DNA of 64,000 nucleotides from Polyangiaceae bacterium (GCA_044224495.1 JBGAKG010000027.1:93521-157520), one strand, 5' to 3'; positions 49,053 to 58,840 are shown, counted from the stretch's first letter. Notes: generated by a model from the sequence alone, not told the origin. Numbers and translations: made by a program.

Positions 49053-49388
49053 ATGGCGACCGCGTTCTCCCGGCTCCCCCGAACCCTCGCGGCCCTCCCC
49101 CTCGTGCTGGTGCCGCTCATCGCGTGCATGCCCGAGCCTCACTTCCCGGACATGGCGGACACGATGGCCCGGCGGGACCTCGCCTGTAACGAGATCTTCG
49201 TGAAGCAGCTCGAGCCCTGGGCCTACCGCGCCGACGGGTGCGGTCGCACCGCGTTCTATCGGTGCTCCTACGGCCACAAGACCGGCGGGCGCGAGCAGTG
49301 TTGCCAGAAGACGGTGAGCGAAGACGCAGCGACCGCGTTCCTGGCGCCGATCCCGCCGAACCCCTACTGCGAGACGCACTACGACTGA
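49053..49388 (+). CDS. small lipoprotein
   Basis: Lipobox LIACMPE; 111 aa with 6 Cys. Confidence 0.5.
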   Translation: MATAFSRLPRTLAALPLVLVPLIACMPEPHFPDMADTMARRDLACNEIFVKQLEPWAYRADGCGRTAFYRCSYGHKTGGREQCCQKTVSEDAATAFLAPIPPNPYCETHYD

Positions 49389-50875
49389 GCGCGGCGCCGG
49401 CGCGCGAGCACCAGCGCACCGACCACGGCCAGCGCCGCGGCCCCGAAGCTCCCCGGCGCGCCACCGGCCGCCGAGCACCCGCCGCCGCCGCCGTCGCCGC
49501 CACCGCCCGGCGTGCCTGCGTCGCCGCCGGTACCGCCGTCGGCGTCGCTGCCCGGCTCGAACGTCGCCTCGACCGCGTGGTCCTGGTTCATCGTGACCGA
49601 CGCGGGCGCGGTCGTATCGACGCCGTCGACCTTGAGCGTCGCGAGGCGATAGCCCGATCCCGGAGTAGGCGTGACGGTGACGACCGTACCAGGTTGGTAC
49701 CGCGTCTGACCCTTCGGCGGCGTGGGATCCGCGGCGAGCGTGCCGCCTTCGGAGGCGTGGAGGAGGAGCGAGTACTGGGCCGCCTTGGGCGACGTCGGCA
49801 GCGTGCGGAAGTACGCCCACTGCGGGGCGGTCGCGTTCGCTTGCGCGTCCGCGAGATCCTTCGTGCAACCGTTCGCGACGGTGAGCGACTGGAGGAACCC
49901 GCGCCACTTGTAGTCGGTGTCGGGCTTGAGCCCGTTCCACGAGAAGCGGAACGTCTGATAGCCGCCGACCGGACAATTCCCGCCGCAGCAGCCGGCGATG
50001 CAGTTGCCGCTGACGAACGCCTCGCTCCCGGCAGGCCCGACGACCGGCAAGAGATCGCCTTGCAGATTCCCGTTCACGACGCAGTCCGCGTTGTTGACCG
50101 TGAAGTCCGTCGTCGCCGTGTCCTTCCCCGGGATCGCGCTCTTGTCCGCGTACGACACGTACGGCGAGCGCGGTGCGCCGGCGAGCGTGACGAAGACGCC
50201 TTGCCACGGGCCCGACGACGGCGGGTTCGGCACGTCCCAGGGCGGGTTGCCACCGCCCGGGTTGTTGTCGAGCACGTTCACGGCGGCGACGAGGTAGTCG
50301 TTCGTCGCGATCCCGCTGAGCGGCTGCGTGCTCGTGACAGGGACCTCGATGTAGATGACGTTGCCGTTCGGGAGCGCCCAATAGGGTTGGTTGTTCGGCG
50401 CATCGAAGCGGTAGAAGCCACCGCTCGGGTACACGCCCGGTGCGGGCGCGCTCGGGCACGGCAGCGGCTGACGCGGCGGTTGGTTCGGACGATCGACGAA
50501 GCAGCGGATCGGCGTGCTCGGCGTGACCGCGAACGACGTGCCCTTCGGGAGCTTGAGCTCGGGGTGCACCCACGCACCGCTGCACCCGAGCCCCCCCATG
50601 ACGACGCGCACGTAGTAGGTCTCACCGGTCTTCGGGAGACGCGACGTGCTTCCTTCGGTCACGTCCTGGAAGCCCACCCAGTCCCACACCAGGTCTTCGT
50701 TCAGCGTGGTGATGAAGTTGTTGCAGACGTGCTGCACGCGACTGGGTGGCCCGTCGTACCAATTGGCGGCGAGCGCGGGGCGCTCGGTCGCGAAGAACGT
50801 GGCGGCGAAAGCCGCGGCGACGGCGGGGACGGCGAGGAGCGAAGCGACGGTGGGGCGAAGCATCACGTTCACCAT
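49379..50875 (-). CDS. MYXO-CTERM sorting-domain secreted protein
   Basis: C-terminus GGGGDGGGGGCSAAGGAPGSFGAAALAVVGALVLARRRRAQS (Gly-rich, Cys, hydrophobic helix, Arg cluster) typical of MYXO-CTERM; N-terminal signal peptide. Confidence 0.7.
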   Translation of the reverse strand: MVNVMLRPTVASLLAVPAVAAAFAATFFATERPALAANWYDGPPSRVQHVCNNFITTLNEDLVWDWVGFQDVTEGSTSRLPKTGETYYVRVVMGGLGCSGAWVHPELKLPKGTSFAVTPSTPIRCFVDRPNQPPRQPLPCPSAPAPGVYPSGGFYRFDAPNNQPYWALPNGNVIYIEVPVTSTQPLSGIATNDYLVAAVNVLDNNPGGGNPPWDVPNPPSSGPWQGVFVTLAGAPRSPYVSYADKSAIPGKDTATTDFTVNNADCVVNGNLQGDLLPVVGPAGSEAFVSGNCIAGCCGGNCPVGGYQTFRFSWNGLKPDTDYKWRGFLQSLTVANGCTKDLADAQANATAPQWAYFRTLPTSPKAAQYSLLLHASEGGTLAADPTPPKGQTRYQPGTVVTVTPTPGSGYRLATLKVDGVDTTAPASVTMNQDHAVEATFEPGSDADGGTGGDAGTPGGGGDGGGGGCSAAGGAPGSFGAAALAVVGALVLARRRRAQS

Positions 50876-50922
50876 CTTTCGCCGCAGCCGCTACGGCAAG
50901 TGGATGGCCGATTTCGTAAGCT

Positions 50923-51345
50923 TCACTTGAGAGCTTCGGGGATCCGGCCGACGGCGCCGTGGACCGCGCCCTTCAAGCTCGCGCTCTTGGCGCTGTCGCT
51001 CGCACCCGACGCGAGCGCGCGCCCCTCGAGGATGGCGAAGATCGTCCCGCCGTCCTTCGTGCGCAGCGTCGCCGAGACGACGCAGGTGACGCGCTGACCT
51101 TCCGTCTCGAGCCGGACGAGGGAGATCGAGAGCACGGCGTCCTTCTTCGCGCCGCGGAGATCGAGCGCACCGAGCTCGGCCTCCGTCGTCTGGCGAAGCA
51201 GCGGGACCGCGCTCGCGTCCGCGCGGGGAGCGGCGGTGACCTCACCGAGCCGGACTGCACTCTTGGTCTCCGCGCCGACGGCGGGAGCGAAGAGCAGCGC
51301 AGAAACCATCACCGCGGATGAAAGGATCGAAGCCAGATACCGCAT
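50923..51345 (-). CDS. small secreted hypothetical protein
   Basis: Signal peptide MRYLASILSSAVMVSALLFAPAVGA; 140 aa. Confidence 0.45.
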   Translation of the reverse strand: MRYLASILSSAVMVSALLFAPAVGAETKSAVRLGEVTAAPRADASAVPLLRQTTEAELGALDLRGAKKDAVLSISLVRLETEGQRVTCVVSATLRTKDGGTIFAILEGRALASGASDSAKSASLKGAVHGAVGRIPEALK

Positions 51346-51404
51346 CGCGTCCTCCTCCTTTGCCGGTATCGGATCGGGAGCGATCGGGCCAAGTTTGTAC
51401 GCGG

Positions 51405-51950
51405 TCAGCGCGGTGGCGCTTCGCACACGTGGAGCACCTGCGCGGTGACGATGCCGTGGCGCTGCAAGCCGACTTCGATCCGCTGCGCGTTGCGGACGTT
51501 GCTGTACGCGTCGAGCGCGGCTTGCACGTCGAGGATCGAGCGCCCGTTCACGGATTGGATCTCGTCGCCTTCGCGGAAGCCGAGCGTCTCGAGCGTGCCA
51601 CCCGGCTTCAAGCTCGAGATCCGAAGGGCGGCCAACCCGCCGTCCCCGCCGACGACGGGCATGATCTGCGCGCTCGACATCACGTCGCCGGTGGAGAACG
51701 CGGACTCCATCCACGCGCGCGTGAGCCAGACCTCCTCGTGATCGCCGACGGCGACGCGCACCGGCTTCGTCGCGGCGTCGCGGCAGGGATCGGCGACGAC
51801 GCGCGCGGCTCCCGCCTCGGCCAACGTCACCTGCGGCGGCCCGTCTCCCGAGGGTGGGAGCACCACCGATTGCGCCGCAGGCTCGGCGTGACAGCTCGCC
51901 CCGACCACGAGAAGCAAGAGACCGACGACGTCGGCGACACGACGAGCCAC
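51405..51950 (-). CDS. PDZ domain membrane-anchored protein
   Basis: N-terminal signal-anchor; C-terminal PDZ-like GFREGDEIQSVNGRSI. Confidence 0.5.
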   Translation of the reverse strand: MARRVADVVGLLLLVVGASCHAEPAAQSVVLPPSGDGPPQVTLAEAGAARVVADPCRDAATKPVRVAVGDHEEVWLTRAWMESAFSTGDVMSSAQIMPVVGGDGGLAALRISSLKPGGTLETLGFREGDEIQSVNGRSILDVQAALDAYSNVRNAQRIEVGLQRHGIVTAQVLHVCEAPPR

Positions 51951-52092
51951 GTCAAAGATCTAGCACGTGCACTGTGCAATTTTTTCCACGCGCCAACTCC
52001 GTTTCTCAGGGGGAGATGCACCCACACCTCGAAACTCCATCGCTTTCCGCAGCTCGAGCTTGGTCCGCCGTTTGCTCTCCTCAGCACCCATC

Positions 52093-52626
52093 ATGGCTGC
52101 CTTTGCTTACGACGACGACGCCACGGAGCGCTCGCTCACGCTACCCGTCCCCCTCGCGGCTCCCGCTCGGTCGGAGACGCGGCTGCGCGTCCCGCCCGCC
52201 TACGGGATGGAGATGGCCGCCGCGGTGGGCCGCGTCGAACGCGTCGTCACGCCCGAGCATCGTGACATCGTCACCTTCCTCGAAGCGGTGACGCAGGCCA
52301 CGACCGTGGTCGAGGAGCGGATCGAGGACATCGGCGCGCTCCACGTCACCCGCACGTGGCTCGTCGCGTGCGGCGAGTGGCTCGACGCGGTCACGCACTC
52401 GCTCACGACCGCGTACGGGTACGCCGGCGACGAGCGCCGCGTGGCGCTCGAGCTCGTCGCCGAGGAGTCCTCGATGCGACTCCTCATGCGGCTCGAGCGT
52501 GAGAGCGCGGAGACGGCGACCATCCTCAAGACGCTCGACGCGACCGCCGCGCGCGCGGCCGAGGATCTGGCAGCGACGATGGAGCTCGCGGATCGGATGC
52601 TCCACGCGCTGGCCGAGCGGCGCTGA
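52093..52626 (+). CDS. hypothetical cytoplasmic protein
   Basis: 177-aa helical, protein-like ORF; start chosen at first ATG after the low-complexity leader. Confidence 0.4.
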   Translation: MAAFAYDDDATERSLTLPVPLAAPARSETRLRVPPAYGMEMAAAVGRVERVVTPEHRDIVTFLEAVTQATTVVEERIEDIGALHVTRTWLVACGEWLDAVTHSLTTAYGYAGDERRVALELVAEESSMRLLMRLERESAETATILKTLDATAARAAEDLAATMELADRMLHALAERR

Positions 52627-52641
52627 CGCCGCGCGGCTGGC

Positions 52642-53328
52642 TCAGAGGGCGAGCCCGAGGCCGATGCCCGCGGCGAGCTGGACCGACGTCGTTCGGTGCG
52701 CCGGCGCGGACGCAATCGCGTCCGTGCGCGTCGTCGTCCACCCCGCCGACGGACCGAAGCTGACGAAGAACCCCGCGCCGAGGTCGACCAGCAGCAGGAG
52801 ATCGCCGCTCGCCCCGATCGCGGCTTGGCTCCCGCCGACTCCACCGAAGCCGTCGGCGCGCGTGCGCGCGGCCGCGATCCCGAAGCGCGCGCGCGGCCAC
52901 AACGCGAAGCGGCGGCCGAGCGGTACGAGCACTCCGAGCCGCGGCTCGAGGCCGACGCGCCAATGCTCGATCGAGCCGTGGAGCGCGCCGCCATCCCAGG
53001 TCGAGGTGGTCTGACCGAAGAGGAGCGCACCGCCGATCGTGACGCGCCCGAGCCGCACGTCCAGCGACGGGGTGAGCGCGAACGACTCGACGTGGCTCTT
53101 CGCCGCCGAGTCGTCGGTCATGGCCCACGACACGAGCCCATCGAGACCCGTGAGCGCACCGCCGGCGCCAGGATCGGCGGTGCGAACCGTGAAGCCAATC
53201 AGGTTCGGGAAGATCACGCGTCGATCGGCGAGGGGATGCCCGTCCTCGGCGCGCGCAGACGCCGTCATCATGACGAAGACCAGCGCCGCGAGCGCCGAGA
53301 GAGCGGGCCGCACGATGCCTCCTTTCAT
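52642..53328 (-). CDS. putative outer-membrane beta-barrel protein
   Basis: Signal peptide ...ASARAEDG; alternating hydrophobic beta-strand pattern; Gly-rich. Confidence 0.45.
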   Translation of the reverse strand: MKGGIVRPALSALAALVFVMMTASARAEDGHPLADRRVIFPNLIGFTVRTADPGAGGALTGLDGLVSWAMTDDSAAKSHVESFALTPSLDVRLGRVTIGGALLFGQTTSTWDGGALHGSIEHWRVGLEPRLGVLVPLGRRFALWPRARFGIAAARTRADGFGGVGGSQAAIGASGDLLLLVDLGAGFFVSFGPSAGWTTTRTDAIASAPAHRTTSVQLAAGIGLGLAL

Positions 53329-53414
53329 CGGAGAGACCCGCGACGCGCAGCGCCGATTCCGGCGCGGCGGACGATTGCCACCTTGGCGAGCCGAGGCCGC
53401 GTAGACTCTCTCCA

Positions 53415-53999
53415 ATGTCGTTTCGTCGCATCGCGCTCTGCTCCGTCGCCGTCCTCGCGTCGTCCGCGTGTCGGAGCGAGCCCCCGCCGGCCAACGTGAC
53501 GCTGCCGAGCGCGACGGTCTCCGCGACGGCAAGCGCGGCCAGCGTGGCTCCACCTCCGAGCGCGAGCGCTCCGCCGGCGGCGCTGAGTCTCCAGCTGGAG
53601 GCTGCGATGGTGCCCGCGCCCGCGGCCAAGCCCGGCTCCGACGCCGCCGCGATCGAGCTCACGCTCGTCAACCCGACCGCCGTCTCCATCCGCTGCGCGT
53701 GGTATCGCCCGCTCATGTACGGGATCGACGCGATGGACGCCGCTGGCGCGCGCGTCTCGGTCGTCATCCCCGCGATCGACATCCCCGTCTCGCGCGAAGA
53801 GCTCGTGCTGGCGCCCGGCGAGCGCAAGAAGCTCCCCAACGTCGTCACGCTCTGGTTCGACCCGACCAACAAGAAGACGCCGTCGATGTTCGATTGGGTG
53901 GTCGTCTCGAAGCGCACGCCGCTGGTGCTGACGATTCGGCTCTCGGTCGACGTCGGCGACGCGGGCCAGACGACGCTCACGACGACCGTCCGGACCTGA
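53415..53999 (+). CDS. hypothetical lipoprotein
   Basis: Lipobox LASSACRSE; A/S/P linker. Confidence 0.5.
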   Translation: MSFRRIALCSVAVLASSACRSEPPPANVTLPSATVSATASAASVAPPPSASAPPAALSLQLEAAMVPAPAAKPGSDAAAIELTLVNPTAVSIRCAWYRPLMYGIDAMDAAGARVSVVIPAIDIPVSREELVLAPGERKKLPNVVTLWFDPTNKKTPSMFDWVVVSKRTPLVLTIRLSVDVGDAGQTTLTTTVRT

Positions 54000-54005
54000 C
54001 CTGGC

Positions 54006-55217
54006 TCAACCCCGCGCGGCGTGAGCGGCACGCGCGAGCGCCGCGTCGGAGAACGGGCGCGTCGCCTGCCCCGTCGTCTGCGTCGCCTCGTGGCCCTTGC
54101 CTGCGATCACGACGAGGTCGTCCGGTCGCGCCTCCGCCACGGCGCGCGTGATCGCCGCCGCCCGATCGATCTCGATCACGACCTCGGGGTGGCCCCGCAG
54201 CCCTTCCGCGATCGCAGCCGCGATCGCACGCGGGTCCTCGCCGCGAGGGTTGTCGCTCGTCAGCACGACGCGGTCGGCGCCCCGCGCCGCCTCGCCCATC
54301 GCTGCGCGCTTCGAGGGATCGCGATCGCCCCCCGCGCCGAAGACGACGATCACGCGGGCGGCCCCGAGCGCCTTCGCGGTCGCGATCGTCCGCGCGAGCG
54401 CGTCGGGCGTGTGCGCGTAATCCACGACGACGCCCGGAGCGCGCGCGACCACCTCGAACCGCCCCGGTGGCGGAGGTGCCTCCGCGATCGCCGCCGCCGC
54501 CGCTCCGGCGGGCACCCCGGCCGCGATCGCACCCCCGAGCGCGGCGAGCGCGTTCTCGGCGAAGATCGCCCCGATCGCGCGAACGACCAGCGTCGACGGC
54601 ACGCCGTCGAGCGAGCTCGGCGCGAGATGAATCGTGGTCCCGTCCCAATTTGGTACAACGGAGGTCGCCCGAAGGTCGATGGACGCGTCGTCGACCTCCG
54701 TCGCCCCGCGCCCCGGCACGCCGTAGGTGAGGATCATGCGCCCCTCGGGGACGACCTCGCGCAGGAGCGCGCTCGCCGGGTCGAACGCGTTGAGCACCGC
54801 CGTGCCTCCCGGCGGCAAGTGCACGAAGAGCTGCGCCTTGCTCGCGAGGTAGTGCTCCGGCGTGCGGTGCGCATCGAGGTGATCGTGCGAGAGGTTCGTG
54901 AACACCGCGACCGGCATCGGCCAGGCGTGCGCGAACCCCATCGCGAGCGCCTCGCTCGTGACCTCGAGCGCCGCCGCGCGCCCACCGCGCTCGCGGAGCG
55001 TCGTGAGCGTGTGGAGAAAGCCGCCGTAGTCCTCCGGCGCGGGGAACTCTTCGTCGTCGAGGAAGGTCCCGACCGTCGTGATCCGCGCGACGGGCCCGCC
55101 CAGCGCGCGGAGCGCGGACGCGACCCAGCGCGTGGTGCTGGTCTTGCCGTTCGTGCCCGTCACCCCGACCGCGAGCACCTCGTGCGCCCACTCCGGCGGC
55201 GGCGGGAAGGCGCCCAT
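54006..55217 (-). CDS. Mur ligase family protein (MurE-like central+C-terminal domains, no N-terminal domain)
   Basis: GVTGTNGKTST P-loop; DYAHTPDAL motif; 403 aa; start overlaps stop of upstream repeat lipoprotein. Confidence 0.7.
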   Translation of the reverse strand: MGAFPPPPEWAHEVLAVGVTGTNGKTSTTRWVASALRALGGPVARITTVGTFLDDEEFPAPEDYGGFLHTLTTLRERGGRAAALEVTSEALAMGFAHAWPMPVAVFTNLSHDHLDAHRTPEHYLASKAQLFVHLPPGGTAVLNAFDPASALLREVVPEGRMILTYGVPGRGATEVDDASIDLRATSVVPNWDGTTIHLAPSSLDGVPSTLVVRAIGAIFAENALAALGGAIAAGVPAGAAAAAIAEAPPPPGRFEVVARAPGVVVDYAHTPDALARTIATAKALGAARVIVVFGAGGDRDPSKRAAMGEAARGADRVVLTSDNPRGEDPRAIAAAIAEGLRGHPEVVIEIDRAAAITRAVAEARPDDLVVIAGKGHEATQTTGQATRPFSDAALARAAHAARG

Positions 55218-55218
55218 C

Positions 55219-55983
55219 TCACTTCAAGTCGTAGAAGCAGTACTGGACGCCGCACGACTCGTTGATGCACGTCGCGACGCGCGAACGGTTCGAGCCGGGG
55301 AGCGCAGAGAGTGCGTGCATGCAGTCCGCCTTCGTGATCGACGGCCGTCCGCGGCGACCACCGCCGCAGTTCGCCACGATCCCGTCGCAGGTGGGTCCCG
55401 TCGCCGGATCGAGGCAGGAGTCCGCGATGCCCTCGAGCGCACACTTCTGCGTGACCTCGAAATCGCAGATCGCCTTCGACCCGCTCTTGGCCATCAGGCA
55501 CGCGACCGCCTTCTGCGCCGCCCGCGGCTTCATGCCGCGCGCAAAATGATCGCACTGGCTCTTCGTGTCGCTGAAGCTCTCGCACTGCGGGCCCGGTGCG
55601 CGGAGTCCGCCGCAGCTCCCCGGCGTCCCGACCATGTTGTCGCTGTCGGGGCAACCCGGCACGGTCGGCGGCGTCGCCGAGGCCGATGCGGTCGGAGCCG
55701 TTCCGACCCCGCCCTCGTGCGTGGGCCCCATGCCCTCGCGCGTCGGGCCACCTTCACGCGTCGGGCCGAAGCCGCCCTCGCGCGTGGGTCCGCCCTCGCG
55801 GGTGGGGCCCATGCCTTCGCGCGTCGGTCCTGCACCTTCCGCCGTCGGGCCCGCAGCGCTTGCGTCCGCCGTGTCGGGCGTGACGGCGACGGACGGTGGC
55901 GGTGCCTCACCGGGGTTGCACGCCGCGTTGCCGGCGGCGATGGCCGTGGTGAGCACGAGGAACCGCGTGCGGTCGATCTGCAT
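55219..55983 (-). CDS. lipoprotein with GPTREG tandem repeats and Cys-rich C-terminal domain
   Basis: Lipobox IAAGNAACNPG; six GPTREGG-type repeats; 14 Cys in the C-terminal domain. Confidence 0.55.
   Translation of the reverse strand: MQIDRTRFLVLTTAIAAGNAACNPGEAPPPSVAVTPDTADASAAGPTAEGAGPTREGMGPTREGGPTREGGFGPTREGGPTREGMGPTHEGGVGTAPTASASATPPTVPGCPDSDNMVGTPGSCGGLRAPGPQCESFSDTKSQCDHFARGMKPRAAQKAVACLMAKSGSKAICDFEVTQKCALEGIADSCLDPATGPTCDGIVANCGGGRRGRPSITKADCMHALSALPGSNRSRVATCINESCGVQYCFYDLK
55735..55850. repeat. ~18-21-bp in-frame tandem repeat encoding (G)PTREG(G/M)
   Basis: Repeated gggcc(c/g)a(a/c)gcc...tcgcgcgtcgg units seen directly. Confidence 0.55.
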
Positions 55984-56018
55984 GGGCGCAGCGTACCTCA
56001 AGTGAGTAGGATGGATGC

Positions 56019-56573
56019 ATGACGAACACTCGCCTCGCACCCTGGGTCACGGCGGGGATCGGCATCGGGCTCCTCGCCGCCTGCGCAGCCGCGCAGCCCG
56101 GCCCTCACTCGACCACCGCGAGCTCCGCCGAAGCCGGGGGCACCGCGCCGAGCGCGACCGCCAACCCGAGTGACGCTCCGGAGGCCGGCGCCGCGCGGCC
56201 GATGGCGTTGGCCATCGACGCAGGGATGCTCGCGACCGACGCCTCCGTGATCGTCCCGTCGTGGCGCTCGAGCATCTCGTTCTCGAACATCACCGGGCGA
56301 ACCGGCGACCAGACTGCGGCGTTGTTCACCCCGTCGGTGTCCGTGCTCGAGGGCTGTCGCGGCGCGAACGGCGGAAAGCTCGTCCTCCGCCTCCACAGCG
56401 AAGGAGGGCATCTCGTGGGAGAGACGCAGGCAGGCTCGTCCATCGACCCGACCGCGAAGCAGTGCGTCCTCGAAGCTCTCTCGAAGATCCACGTCGACGA
56501 CACGTCGAACGTGGGCGGCGCGGCCCCGGTCAAGCCGATGGGCTTCACGTCGCTCCTCACGATCGAGTGGTGA
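56019..56573 (+). CDS. hypothetical lipoprotein
   Basis: Lipobox LLAACAAAQ; 184 aa. Confidence 0.5.
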   Translation: MTNTRLAPWVTAGIGIGLLAACAAAQPGPHSTTASSAEAGGTAPSATANPSDAPEAGAARPMALAIDAGMLATDASVIVPSWRSSISFSNITGRTGDQTAALFTPSVSVLEGCRGANGGKLVLRLHSEGGHLVGETQAGSSIDPTAKQCVLEALSKIHVDDTSNVGGAAPVKPMGFTSLLTIEW

Positions 56574-56610
56574 GCGCCCAAGGCGCGCGCGGCTCCCGCG
56601 TCTGAGCGGG

Positions 56611-57939
56611 ATGCATCGCCCTCGCCTCCTCTTCGGCGCGGTCCTCGTCGCCGCCGCCGTCGGTTGCGCTCGTCCGCCGTCCGCGGGTGGGCCCGTGGTC
56701 GCCACGACGACCGTGCCGCCGAAGCCCCCGCCGGTCGACACGCGTGCGTTCGACGCAGCGCTCGCGCAGTTCGTCGCGCACGATGCGAAGGGCGACTGGT
56801 CCAAGGAGTCGTGCAGCTCCGTCGCCGCCGACTTCGACGCGGTCGCGACGAAGGATCGCCTGCCCGAGGCACGCTACGACGCTGCGCTCGCGTGGGAGCG
56901 CTGCGGCGACCGCACGCAGGCGGCGATGGAGCTCGAAGGCGCGCTCGAGCTCGACCCGAAGTTCCTCCCCGCCCGCGCCGAGCTCGCGCTGGTCCGGCGC
57001 GCAGCAGGCGATCCGATCGACCCCGCGATCACGGCGCTGGAGCAGGTCGTCGTCGAGGCGAAGTTCCGCGACGTCGGTGCGCTCGTCCGCCTCGCGGCGC
57101 TCCAGCTCGAACGTGGGGGAGCGACCGGCAGCGTCGGGTGCGCGAGCGACTTCGACTGCGCGAAGCTGAACCTGCAGCGAGCGCTCGCGATCGACGACTC
57201 CTACATGCCTGCGTTCGATCAGCTCGCGCTCTACTACTACCGCTCCGCGCTGCGCCGCGCGAAGGACGGCCGCGCCGACGCGCAGCAGCTCGAGCTCGCG
57301 GCGCTCGTGTGCTCGCAGGCGGTGCGCAAGGACGCGAGCTACGCCCCGATCCACAACACGGCCGGGCTGATCCAGAGCCAGCTCGGCAACGCCAGCGCCG
57401 CGAGCGCCGAGTTCACGCTCGCGACGAAGCTCGATCCGCGCTCGTTCGAGGCGCAGATGAACCTCGCGCTCCTCAACCTCTCGTTCCGCGGGTTCGCCGC
57501 CGCGGAGAAGGCGCTGCGCGTCGCGGTAGCGCTCCGCCCGCTCGACTACGACGCGCACCTCGCGCTCGCGCTCGCGCTCCGCGGTCAGCTCACGTGGCCC
57601 ACGCCGGAGCAGATCGCGGCCGTGCAGGCCGAGCTCGATCGCTGCAAGATCATCGCCCCGACGCGCCCCGACGCCTACTACAACGAGGCGATCCTCACCC
57701 ATCAGTTCAAGGCGAAGGGCTCGACCGACGACGCCACGCTGCGGCTCGCGAAGACGCAGTACGAGGGCTTCGTGCAGCGCGCGGGGAACGACCCGAAGTA
57801 TGCGACGGCGGTGAAGCGCTCGCGCGGCGACGGTGCGCTCGACCGCGGTGCGATCGGCGACATCGAGGACACCCTCGTGTTCCTCGGCGCGCCTGCCCCG
57901 CCGCCGGCGCCTGCCACCCCGGTGTCCCCGAAGCCCTGA
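56611..57939 (+). CDS. TPR-repeat lipoprotein
   Basis: Lipobox AAAVGCARP; multiple TPR-like helical pairs; Pro-rich C-terminus. Confidence 0.6.
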   Translation: MHRPRLLFGAVLVAAAVGCARPPSAGGPVVATTTVPPKPPPVDTRAFDAALAQFVAHDAKGDWSKESCSSVAADFDAVATKDRLPEARYDAALAWERCGDRTQAAMELEGALELDPKFLPARAELALVRRAAGDPIDPAITALEQVVVEAKFRDVGALVRLAALQLERGGATGSVGCASDFDCAKLNLQRALAIDDSYMPAFDQLALYYYRSALRRAKDGRADAQQLELAALVCSQAVRKDASYAPIHNTAGLIQSQLGNASAASAEFTLATKLDPRSFEAQMNLALLNLSFRGFAAAEKALRVAVALRPLDYDAHLALALALRGQLTWPTPEQIAAVQAELDRCKIIAPTRPDAYYNEAILTHQFKAKGSTDDATLRLAKTQYEGFVQRAGNDPKYATAVKRSRGDGALDRGAIGDIEDTLVFLGAPAPPPAPATPVSPKP

Positions 57940-57967
57940 GCGGCGATCGTGCTACACCCCGCAGCGC

Positions 57968-58840
57968 ATGCGCTACGAGGGCAAGATCTATCGGCCGCCG
58001 AGCGAAGCGGACGCCTACATCCTGCAGGCGACGGTGGGGTGCTCGTGGAACCACTGCACCTACTGCGACATGTACCGCGAGAAGTCGTTCCGCGTCCGCG
58101 CGCTCGAGGAAACGCTCGCCGACGTGGCGCTCGCGGGGCGGGTGCACGGCGCCGAGGTCGAGAAGGTCTTCGTCGCCGACGGCGACGCGTTGGTCATGAC
58201 GCTCGCGGAGTGGGAGCCGATCCTCGAAGCGTGCCGGGCGACGTTCCCGAACCTCCGCCGCGTGAGCGCTTACGCGACCGCGATGAACCTCCTCGCCAAG
58301 AGCGATGCCGAGCTGGCGCGCCTGCGCGAGCTCGGCCTCGAGCTCCTCTACATCGGTCCCGAGAGCGGGGACGACGTCACGTTGAAGCGCATCGCCAAGG
58401 GCGCGACCTTCGCGGACCACGTGCGCGCGGCCGAGCGCGCGCGAGGTGCAGGGATCGACCTCTCGGCGATCTTCCTCCTCGGGGTCGGCGGCACGGCGCG
58501 GAGCCGGGAGCACGCCGAGGCCTCGGCCGAGCTGGTGACGGCCATGGACCCGCGCTTCGTCTCGGCGCTCACGCTCACCGTCGTGCCGGCGACTCCGCTC
58601 GCCAAGCTCGAAGCGTCGGCGCGGTTCGAGCTCCCCACGATCGAGGCGATGCTCGGCGAGCTCCGAACGCTCGTCGACCGCGCCTCGCCGACGAGCGCAG
58701 TCTTCCGGACGAACCATGCTTCGAATTACCTGCCCCTCGCGGGGGTGCTCCCGCGCGACCGCGCGAAGATCGTGGGGACGATCGATCGCGCGCTCGCGGG
58801 GGAGCTGGCCCTTCGGCCCGAGTGGGCACGCGGCCTCTGA
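57968..58840 (+). CDS. radical SAM protein with atypical Cx4Cx2C cluster motif
   Basis: GCSWNHCTYCD read directly from DNA; IGPESGDDVTLKRIAKG is radical-SAM core-like. Confidence 0.65.
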   Translation: MRYEGKIYRPPSEADAYILQATVGCSWNHCTYCDMYREKSFRVRALEETLADVALAGRVHGAEVEKVFVADGDALVMTLAEWEPILEACRATFPNLRRVSAYATAMNLLAKSDAELARLRELGLELLYIGPESGDDVTLKRIAKGATFADHVRAAERARGAGIDLSAIFLLGVGGTARSREHAEASAELVTAMDPRFVSALTLTVVPATPLAKLEASARFELPTIEAMLGELRTLVDRASPTSAVFRTNHASNYLPLAGVLPRDRAKIVGTIDRALAGELALRPEWARGL

